A stretch of DNA of 41,045 bases from Chloroflexota bacterium (GTDB taxonomy: Bacteria > Chloroflexota > Anaerolineae > Promineifilales > Promineifilaceae): the NCBI GenBank assembly GCA_041918535.1, contig JAYRVN010000330.1, positions 1 through 41,045 of the forward strand. The letters run 5' to 3'. This document shows, in pieces, positions 33,325 through 40,568 of the stretch (positions are counted from its first letter, which is position 1; each line of letters opens with the position of its first letter). The notes under the pieces are model-generated. The model saw nothing but the letters and a program-made list of their open reading frames with translations. It did no database searches and had not been told where the DNA came from. Position numbers and translations under genes: made by a program.

Positions 33325-35832
33325 ATGCAAGCATTGACCGGCCTAACCCAACAGGAAGTTGAAGAGCGACGGCAGCGCGGTCAGGGCAACCACGTGCGCC
33401 TCGGCGCGAGCCGCTCGTATTGGAGCATTGCGCGGGCCAATCTCTTCACCTTCTTCAATAATATTTTGTTCCTCATCGGCCTCGCCCTGATTGCTATGGG
33501 CCAGGTCTTGGATGCCGTCACCAGCGTGGGGCTGGGACTGGTTATTGCCATCATCGGCACGCTGCAAGAAATTTGGGCCAAGCGCAAGCTGGATCAGATC
33601 GCGCTGCTCAACCGTCCCACCATCACCGTACGACGTGACGGGCGCGAACACACCCTTGATCCGGCCGAACTGGTACAAGGGGATGTAGTGCGCGTGCGCG
33701 CGGGGGACCAGATCGTGGTGGACGGCCAATTGGTGGGGGACGGCCGGCTGGAGATGGACGAATCGCTGCTCACCGGCGAGGCGGATTTGATTAGCAAGCA
33801 GGCCGGCGACGCCTTGTTATCAGGCAGCGTGTGCGTCACCGGCGATGCCTATATGCTGGCGGAGCGGGTCGGCCTGAACAGTTACGCCAATCAGTTGACG
33901 GCCGCCGCGCGCACATTTCAAGTGGTCGCCACCCCATTGCAGCGCAAGATCAACTTTATTGTGCGCGTGGTGATGTTGGCGGTGGCGCTGATGAGCGTCA
34001 TCATCTTTCTGACGGCGCTGCTGGAAGATTTGCCCCTCATCCGGTTGGTGCAATTGGCGGCGGTCTTGACCGGCCAGGTGCCGTATGGCCTCTTTCTGAC
34101 AGTGGTGATCGCTTATTCGATTGGGGCTTCGTTTTTGTCGCAACGCGGCGCGCTGGTGCAACAGGTTAACGCCATTGAGTCGTTGAGCCATGTGAATGTG
34201 CTGTGTATGGACAAGACGGGCACGCTGACGGCCAACCGCATCCGCTATGCTGAAATGCAAGTTTTCGGCCGATTGTCACAAGCCGTCGTTGAAGCCCATC
34301 TGGGCGCTTTTGTCGCCAGCGCCTCAACCACCAATCGCACCGGCGAAGCGATTGCCGCGGCCCTGCCCAGCCCGCGCTTCACATCGGTAGATGAGGTGCT
34401 ATTCGCCTCGGCGCGCAAGTGGAGCGCGCTGGCGTTTGACACCCCGGAGATACGCGGCGTCTATGTGTTGGGGGCGCTGGAGATGTTGCAGCTCTATTTG
34501 CCGGCCGAGTGGCTGGAGCCGACCGGTCCGCTACACGCCCAGGTGCGCCAGTGGTCGGAAGCCGGCTTGCGCGTGCTGCTGCTGGCCCATAACCCGGGCG
34601 TGACCAGTCTGCATGACGCCGCCGGACAACCTTGCTTGCCGGATTTGGAGCCGTTGGCGCTGGTCTCTTTGCGCGATGAGTTGCGCCCGCAAGCGGCGGA
34701 GACCATCGCCGCTTTTACCCGGTTGGGCATTCGGATCAAGCTGATCTCGGGCGACAATCCCCAGGCGGTGGCGGCGTTGGCGCGCCAGGTGGGGATGGCG
34801 GGCGAATTGCAGTTGGTGTCGGGGCCGGAGTTGGCGCAGATGGATTCGGCCGAATTTGATCGCGCCGCCGACGAAGCCACCATTTTCGGCCGAATTTCGC
34901 CCGAACAAAAAGAGCAACTGGTCATGGCCCTGGCCGATCAAGGCTATTATGTCGCCATGATGGGCGACGGCGTCAATGATGTGCTGTCGGTCAAAAAGGC
35001 CCGGCTGGGCATTGCCATGCAGAGCGGCAGTATGGCTACGCGCAACGTGGCCGACATGGTGCTCTTGGATGACTCCTTTGCGGCGCTGCGGCCCGCCTTT
35101 GACGAGAGCGCCCGCATCGTCAACGGCATGTCGGCGGCGCTGCACCTGTATATCGCGCGGGTCGCCACCACCATGCTGCTGATCATGGCCATCACCATGG
35201 TGGGACTTAGCTTCCCCTTCGAGCCGGCGCAAGTGGCCCTAACGCTGTTCACCGTGGGCATTCCATCGCTCTTCACAACCTGGCTGGCCCATACGCCCGT
35301 GGCCGACAAGGATTTGCTGCGCTCGCTGGCGCGTTTTGTGCTGCCGGTAGCCACCGTGACGATGTTGCTGGGGGTGGTACTCTACACAGGGTTATATACC
35401 AGGCTGCTCAACGACATCACATCGGCCGATATTCCGCCGCGTGTGCTGCACAGTTTTGAAGAATACACCGGTCTGACTTACACCGTAGACGACGCCTTCG
35501 GCAGCGCAGCGGCCACCATTGTGGCTCAGACCGGCCTTTCGATCTTCATTTCTTATACCGCCTTTCTGCTGATCGTCTTTTTGGAGCCGCCCCATCCCTT
35601 CTTCACCGGTTGGGCAGTGGTAAGCCAAGACCGCCGGCCGACGTGGTTGGCGGCGGGATTGGCGCTGGCCTTCACCGGCGTGATTAGCGCGCCCAACCTG
35701 GGGGCTTATTTTGGGCTGTTCCGGCCCGGTCCGCTATTGGTGCTCGGCATTGGGGTGTTGCTGCCGGTGTGGTTCTTCACCGTGCGCGCGATCTGGCGTT
35801 CACATCTGTTCGATCGGATTTTCAGTTGGTGA
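33325..35832 (+). CDS. P-type ATPase (cation-transporting type, substrate unassigned)
   Basis: 835-aa ORF. Actuator motif LLTGEAD, phosphorylation motif CMDKTGTLT (34210..34224), hinge MMGDGVNDVLSVKKARLGIAM. The M4 motif reads VPYGLF (34081..34092) instead of PEGL or CPC. No N-terminal metal-binding domain. Confidence 0.85.
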   Translation: MQALTGLTQQEVEERRQRGQGNHVRLGASRSYWSIARANLFTFFNNILFLIGLALIAMGQVLDAVTSVGLGLVIAIIGTLQEIWAKRKLDQIALLNRPTITVRRDGREHTLDPAELVQGDVVRVRAGDQIVVDGQLVGDGRLEMDESLLTGEADLISKQAGDALLSGSVCVTGDAYMLAERVGLNSYANQLTAAARTFQVVATPLQRKINFIVRVVMLAVALMSVIIFLTALLEDLPLIRLVQLAAVLTGQVPYGLFLTVVIAYSIGASFLSQRGALVQQVNAIESLSHVNVLCMDKTGTLTANRIRYAEMQVFGRLSQAVVEAHLGAFVASASTTNRTGEAIAAALPSPRFTSVDEVLFASARKWSALAFDTPEIRGVYVLGALEMLQLYLPAEWLEPTGPLHAQVRQWSEAGLRVLLLAHNPGVTSLHDAAGQPCLPDLEPLALVSLRDELRPQAAETIAAFTRLGIRIKLISGDNPQAVAALARQVGMAGELQLVSGPELAQMDSAEFDRAADEATIFGRISPEQKEQLVMALADQGYYVAMMGDGVNDVLSVKKARLGIAMQSGSMATRNVADMVLLDDSFAALRPAFDESARIVNGMSAALHLYIARVATTMLLIMAITMVGLSFPFEPAQVALTLFTVGIPSLFTTWLAHTPVADKDLLRSLARFVLPVATVTMLLGVVLYTGLYTRLLNDITSADIPPRVLHSFEEYTGLTYTVDDAFGSAAATIVAQTGLSIFISYTAFLLIVFLEPPHPFFTGWAVVSQDRRPTWLAAGLALAFTGVISAPNLGAYFGLFRPGPLLVLGIGVLLPVWFFTVRAIWRSHLFDRIFSW

Positions 35833-35937
35833 GGTGGATCGGCTGCCGGAAGGGGGCGGCGATGGGGCAAGTTTTCGGCCGAATCCTCCCCGCCCTGCCC
35901 CGACCATTCACCCCGAATCTGGTATACTGGATATGCC

Positions 35938-37749
35938 ATGAGCAGTTCCGAGGCCGTCGTTCCCGCCCCCATTCGCTTCGACCAACCGAATACCCCGCGC
36001 ATCCTGTGGCGCGCCATGACCTACCTCAGCCCTTACCGGCGCATCGTCGGCGGGGCCTACCTGGCTACACTGGGCATCAATGCCCTGGCGCTGCTCATCC
36101 CCCAGCTCATCCGCCAGGGCGTAGATGTGGGTATTCGCCAGGATAATGGGGCGGTCTTAGGCCGGTCGGTGCTGGCGCTGCTAGGGCTGACGCTGCTCAA
36201 AGGGGGTCTGAACTACTGGCAAGGGCTCTGGACGGAGGTCGCGTCGCAGGGGGTGGCCTATGACCTGCGCAACGCCATCCATCGCAAGCTGGCCGGCCTT
36301 TCCTTTTCTTATCATGATCACGCCGAGACGGGGCAACTACTCTCGCGCTCGGTGCAGGATGTGGAGCGCATCCGCTTTCTGACGGGGCGGGCGTCGCTGC
36401 GGCTAATCGAAGGCAGTGTGCTGCTGCTGGGCACGGCCGTGGTGTTGCTAGTAATGAATCCGCGCCTGGCGCTGCTGACGCTGCTGGCGATGCCTTTTCT
36501 GACACAGCGCGCGTATGCATTCGGCCGATTATTTCGGCCGCTTTCCTTGGCCATCCAGCAGCAGTTGGCCTTCCTGACCACAACGCTGGAGCAAAACCTG
36601 CGTGGGGCGCGTATCGTCAAGGCGTTTGCGCAGGAGGAAGAGGAGATAGAGCGATTCGGCCGAAAAAATCGCATCTGGTTTGACCTCTCCGCCCGTTCCA
36701 TCCGCCTGCAAGCCCTCAATGTCCCCCTGCTCGACTTCATCGCCAATCTGTCCGTCGTCGTTGTCATCTGGTATGGCGGCTTGCTTGTCATCCGGGATCA
36801 ACTCACCCTGGGCGAACTCGTCGCCTTCTCCACTTACCTGGGGCAGCTCGTCCAGCCCGTGCGCCGCCTGGGCATGATCACCCCCGCCATCGCCATGGCC
36901 GCCGCCGCCGGCGAGCGCATCTTTGAAATCCTCGACGCCGGCTCCGAAGTCGTCGAAAGGCCCGACGCCTACCCCCTTCCCCCCGTGCAAGGCGCCGTGC
37001 GCTTCGAGAACGTTTCCTTCGGCTATGTGCGCGGCCACCCCGTCTTGCGCGACGTCAGCTTCGAAGCGCAGCCGGGCCAGATCATCGCCCTGCTGGGTGC
37101 CACCGGCTCCGGCAAATCCTCCATCATCAACCTCATCCCCCGCTTCTACGACCCCACCGCCGGGCGCATCACCCTCGACGACCACGACCTGTGCGATGTG
37201 ACGCTGGCCTCGCTGCGCGGACAGATCGGCATTGTGCTGCAAGAAAGCACCCTCTTCGTCGCCAGCATCCGCGAGAATATCGCCTTTGGCCGCCCTGAAG
37301 CGGAAGAGGCTGACATTGTGGCGGCGGCGCAAGCCGCCCAGGCTCACGACTTCATCATGGCGCTGCCACAAGGCTACAACACGCCGGTCGGTGAGCGCGG
37401 CATCACTCTCTCCGGCGGCCAGCGGCAGCGCATCGCCATCGCCCGCGCCCTGCTCAAAGACCCGCGCATTCTCATCCTCGACGACGCCACCGCCAGCGTG
37501 GACACCGAAACCGAGCGCCTGATCCAGTTAGCCCTGGCGCGCCTGATGCAGGGCCGCACCGCCTTTGTCATCGCCCAACGGCTCAGCACTGTGCGCCAGG
37601 CCGACCTGATCCTGGTGCTGGATCAGGGACGCATCGCCGCCGGCGGCGCACATCCCGATCTGTTGCAGACATCCCCTATCTATGCCGACATTTTTCATCG
37701 GCAGCTCCGACCGGCCGCCCAGCCCCAAGCGGCGGAGCGTGCGCCATGA
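35938..37749 (+). CDS. ABC exporter fused TMD-NBD subunit (degenerate Walker B partner)
   Basis: 603-aa ORF. Walker A GATGSGKSS and signature LSGGQRQR. Walker B is ILILDDATASVD, with Asp in place of the catalytic Glu. The stop overlaps the next gene's start (ATGA at 37746..37749). Confidence 0.88.
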   Translation: MSSSEAVVPAPIRFDQPNTPRILWRAMTYLSPYRRIVGGAYLATLGINALALLIPQLIRQGVDVGIRQDNGAVLGRSVLALLGLTLLKGGLNYWQGLWTEVASQGVAYDLRNAIHRKLAGLSFSYHDHAETGQLLSRSVQDVERIRFLTGRASLRLIEGSVLLLGTAVVLLVMNPRLALLTLLAMPFLTQRAYAFGRLFRPLSLAIQQQLAFLTTTLEQNLRGARIVKAFAQEEEEIERFGRKNRIWFDLSARSIRLQALNVPLLDFIANLSVVVVIWYGGLLVIRDQLTLGELVAFSTYLGQLVQPVRRLGMITPAIAMAAAAGERIFEILDAGSEVVERPDAYPLPPVQGAVRFENVSFGYVRGHPVLRDVSFEAQPGQIIALLGATGSGKSSIINLIPRFYDPTAGRITLDDHDLCDVTLASLRGQIGIVLQESTLFVASIRENIAFGRPEAEEADIVAAAQAAQAHDFIMALPQGYNTPVGERGITLSGGQRQRIAIARALLKDPRILILDDATASVDTETERLIQLALARLMQGRTAFVIAQRLSTVRQADLILVLDQGRIAAGGAHPDLLQTSPIYADIFHRQLRPAAQPQAAERAP

Positions 37750-39590
37750 GCTTCTCCATCGGTTCGGCCGGCATCAACGTCGGGCCGCGCGGCGCCCTGG
37801 AAAGCTTCGGCGAAGAGGCGGAAACGCGCCCCCTGGATGCGCGCATCTTGTGGCGCTTGCTGGCCTTTGTGCGCCCGCATTGGCAACGCATGGCGCTGGC
37901 CCTGATCCTGACGTTGGCCGGCTCGGCCCTGACCCTGCTGACCCCCTACCTGCTGAAGGTGGCGATTGATCAGCATATCGTCAACGGCGATGCGCGCGGG
38001 CTGGCGCGCACGGCGGGGCAACTGCTGGCGGCCTTTGCCGGCATCTACCTGACCGCAGCCGGACAGCAGTACCTGCTCGGCTGGGTGGGGCAGCAGGTGC
38101 TGGCGACGCTGCGCGCGCAGTTGTTTGAGCATTTGCAGCGCCTATCCCTGGGCTATCACGATACCCACATCGTCGGCGTGACCATTTCGCGGGTGATCAA
38201 CGATGTGGCCGTCATCAATGAACTGCTCTCGCAAGGGGTGGTGCAACTGGTGGGGGACAGCCTGGTGTTGATGGGCATCGTGGGCATCATGCTGAGCATG
38301 AGTCCGCGCCTGGCGCTGCTGACCTTCCTCACCCTGCCGCTGATGGCGCTGGCAACGATTCTGTTCGCGCGGCGGGCGCAGGTAGCCTTTCGCCAAACGC
38401 GTCGGCGCATCGCCGAAGTGGTAGGCGACCTGGCGGAAAATATCGCCGGCATCCGCGTCATCCAGGCCTTCGCCCAGGAAGCGGCGGCGCGGGAGCGTTT
38501 TGACGAGGTGAATCGGGCTAACCGCGACGCCTATGTCGAGGCAATGTCCTTGTCGTTCATCTTTTTGCCCTCGGTGGAGTTTCTGGGCATGTTGGCGACG
38601 GCGATTGTGTTGTGGTTTGGCGGGCGCTGGGTGGCGCAGGGGGAATTGACACTGGGGGTGATGGTGGCCTTTTTGGCCTATGTCAGCCGCTTCTTCGGGC
38701 CGATCCAGGAACTAAGCCAGCTTTATACCACCTTGCAGGCGGCAGTGGCGGGCGGCGAGCAGGTGTTGCGCCTGTTGGACACGCCGCCGGAAGTGCAGGA
38801 CGCGCCTGAGGCAGGCGCTATGCCGCCGATTCAAGGGCGCATTGACTTGCAAGGGGTGTCGTTCGCCTACCGCGACGGCGACCCGGTGTTGCGCAACGTG
38901 GAGCTGACGATTGAGCCGGGCCAAATGGTGGCGTTAGTGGGGCCGACAGGGGCGGGCAAGACATCCATTGCCAATCTGGTGGCGCGTTTTTATGATGTGA
39001 CGGCGGGGGCGGTGTTAATTGACGGGGTGGATGTGCGAACGGTGCGACAGCGTTCGTTGCGGGCGCAGATGGGGTTGGTGCCGCAAGAGCCATTTCTGTT
39101 TGCGGGGACGGTGGCGGAGAATATCGGATTCGGCCGAATCCACGCCTCCGACGCCGAACTCACCCAGGCCGCCCAGGTTGCCAACGCCGACGCCTTCATC
39201 CGCGCCCTCCCCGACGGCTACCAGACCGCCGTCCTCGAAGGCGGCGTCAACCTCTCCCTCGGCCAGCGCCAGCTCATCTGCATCGCCCGCGCCGTCCTGG
39301 CCGACCCGCGCATCCTCATCCTCGACGAAGCCACTGCCAGTGTAGACACTCTGACCGAAGCGCTCATTCAAGCCGCCCTGGAGCGCCTGTTAGCGCAGCG
39401 CACCTCGCTGGTCATCGCCCACCGCCTCAGCACCGTGCGCCACGCCGACCTGATTTGCGTGCTGCAAGACGGCCAGATTGTAGCCCGCGGCCGCCATGAC
39501 GACCTCCTGGCCCAGGGCGGCCTCTACCGCCAACTCTACGAGCAACAATTCCTCCAGCGCGAAGAGCCAACCGCCAGGCCCCTTGATTGA
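37746..39590 (+). CDS. ABC exporter fused TMD-NBD subunit (canonical Walker B partner)
   Basis: 614-aa ORF. Walker A GPTGAGKTS and Walker B ILILDEATASVD. The signature is non-canonical: LSLGQRQL. Confidence 0.88.
   Translation: MSFSIGSAGINVGPRGALESFGEEAETRPLDARILWRLLAFVRPHWQRMALALILTLAGSALTLLTPYLLKVAIDQHIVNGDARGLARTAGQLLAAFAGIYLTAAGQQYLLGWVGQQVLATLRAQLFEHLQRLSLGYHDTHIVGVTISRVINDVAVINELLSQGVVQLVGDSLVLMGIVGIMLSMSPRLALLTFLTLPLMALATILFARRAQVAFRQTRRRIAEVVGDLAENIAGIRVIQAFAQEAAARERFDEVNRANRDAYVEAMSLSFIFLPSVEFLGMLATAIVLWFGGRWVAQGELTLGVMVAFLAYVSRFFGPIQELSQLYTTLQAAVAGGEQVLRLLDTPPEVQDAPEAGAMPPIQGRIDLQGVSFAYRDGDPVLRNVELTIEPGQMVALVGPTGAGKTSIANLVARFYDVTAGAVLIDGVDVRTVRQRSLRAQMGLVPQEPFLFAGTVAENIGFGRIHASDAELTQAAQVANADAFIRALPDGYQTAVLEGGVNLSLGQRQLICIARAVLADPRILILDEATASVDTLTEALIQAALERLLAQRTSLVIAHRLSTVRHADLICVLQDGQIVARGRHDDLLAQGGLYRQLYEQQFLQREEPTARPLD
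39526..39582 (+). repeat. Direct repeat, left copy (3' end of the ABC exporter gene)
   Basis: accgccaactctacgagcaacaattcctccagcgcgaagagcc... matches 40032..40086. The first 43 nt match at 40 of 43 positions by manual alignment. Confidence 0.75.
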
Positions 39591-39641
39591 TCACCTGGGC
39601 CGGGCAGCATCCGGCTTACGGGGATTCTTCCCCTCTCACGC

Positions 39642-39757
39642 CTACGCGCCGACAATTTCGATGATTCTGGCGACGACCTCTCCGGTTTTATCCGGCGACA
39701 ACTGGGCGGCGCGATATAAGGAACAACGACCACATCACCTTTCACAAACTTGCCCAT
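39642..39757 (-). pseudogene. MazF/PemK-type toxin remnant (internal deletion plus frameshift)
   Basis: ATG 39757 opens MGKFVKGDVVVVPY, a MazF/PemK-like N-terminus. After 14 codons the sense continues in another frame as RAAQLSPDKTGEVVARIIEIVGA*, a MazF-like C-terminus (TAG at 39642..39644). About 70 central codons are missing. Confidence 0.55.
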
Positions 39758-39966
39758 GCCGCGTCCTCCTCAGGCCGGTTCCAATCTCGACCCAGCACGG
39801 CTTCGGAAGCGAACATAAACTCGGCGGTTCCGACCCCCGTATCGCGCAAAACCTCGCTTAACTCTCGTTCTGACAGGTAAGAGACAAAATCAAAGACGAC
39901 AACCAGTTTGTCAACGGGCAACTTACGCAGCCGCTCGGTTATGTCGGCAATCGTCACCGTTTGCAT
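39742..39966 (-). CDS. Type II antitoxin-like protein (DUF2281-like N-terminus)
   Basis: ATG 39966 with AAGGAG upstream; 74 aa. MQTVTIADITERLRKLPVDKLVVVFDFVSYLSERE... and C-terminal RDWNRPEEDAAWASL are typical of small antitoxins. Its 3' end overlaps the toxin remnant's start by 16 nt. The longer track ORF (to 40119) is an unsupported extension. Confidence 0.65.
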   Translation of the reverse strand: MQTVTIADITERLRKLPVDKLVVVFDFVSYLSERELSEVLRDTGVGTAEFMFASEAVLGRDWNRPEEDAAWASL

Positions 39967-40031
39967 GTTTATTACTCCTTGACGGCAATTTTGCGCCAAA
40001 TCACAAGTTGCGTTCGCCCCGACCGCCAGCT

Positions 40032-40086
40032 CTACGAGCAACAACTCCTCCAACGCGAAGAGCCGGCCAGGCTCCCCTACTGCTCT
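40032..40086 (+). repeat. Direct repeat, right copy (orphan duplicate of the ABC gene 3' end)
   Basis: accgccagctctacgagcaacaactcctccaacgcgaagagcc... would encode RQLYEQQLLQREEP, against YRQLYEQQFLQREEP at the true C-terminus of the ABC gene. Confidence 0.75.
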
Positions 40087-40403
40087 TGCAGGGCAGCCTG
40101 GATGACTTCCGTCACCCAACCGTTCAGGCTTTTGTCGGCCAGTTTGGCCTGAATGTAGGCTTTTCGATGCAAATCGGCCGGCAGACGGATCACAAACTTG
40201 CCGGAAAATGGCTTTTCCGGGCTTTCACCCCGCTCAGCGCAAAAGGCCAAGTAATCGTCAACCGATTCACGAAAGGCTCTTTGTGCCTCCTCAACACTTT
40301 GGCCCTCAAATGTGATCACATCGCGGATATTGATGATTTCGCCGTACAAAATGCCCGCTTCTTCATCCACCTCAATCTTACCGATATAGCCTTTATATTC
40401 CAT
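40077..40403 (-). CDS. hicB: HicB-family antitoxin with C-terminal ribbon-helix-helix
   Basis: MEYKGYIGKIEVDEEAGILYGEIINIRDVITFEGQSVEEAQRAFRESVDDYLAFC is a HicB fold. GKFVIRLPADLHRKAYIQAKLADKSLNGWVTEVI is RHH-like. The start is ATG 40403; the track uses GTG 40406. Confidence 0.75.
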   Translation of the reverse strand: MEYKGYIGKIEVDEEAGILYGEIINIRDVITFEGQSVEEAQRAFRESVDDYLAFCAERGESPEKPFSGKFVIRLPADLHRKAYIQAKLADKSLNGWVTEVIQAALQEQ

Positions 40404-40486
40404 CACGGCATCACTCCTGCCGCTTCCAGAAACCTGCGCACGGCTTTGACCGCACCCTTATTCGCTTCTTTACGTGGATAGGGGTG
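40403..40486 (-). pseudogene. hicA: HicA-type toxin remnant (only the C-terminal ~27 codons remain)
   Basis: The frame ending in TGA (40403..40405), overlapping the hicB ATG by 1 nt, reads ...HPYPRKEANKGAVKAVRRFLEAAGVMP*, a HicA-like C-terminus. An in-frame TAG at 40505..40507 leaves no room for the N-terminal half. Confidence 0.5.
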
Positions 40487-40568
40487 AGGGAGGCAGCCCA
40501 ACCCCTAGAGCAAACCTGCACCCATGAAGTCACGGCTTCACCCGCTGCGGACAGAACCCACCACGTGG

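Noticed and set aside
39536-40119. Track ORFs 39536..39757 (73 aa) and 39742..40119 (125 aa) taken at face value as intact genes
   Set aside because: The 73-aa frame runs into the antisense of the ABC gene and loses MazF-like sense after 14 codons. The 125-aa frame has an unsupported 51-codon extension upstream of the Met that has the strong AAGGAG.
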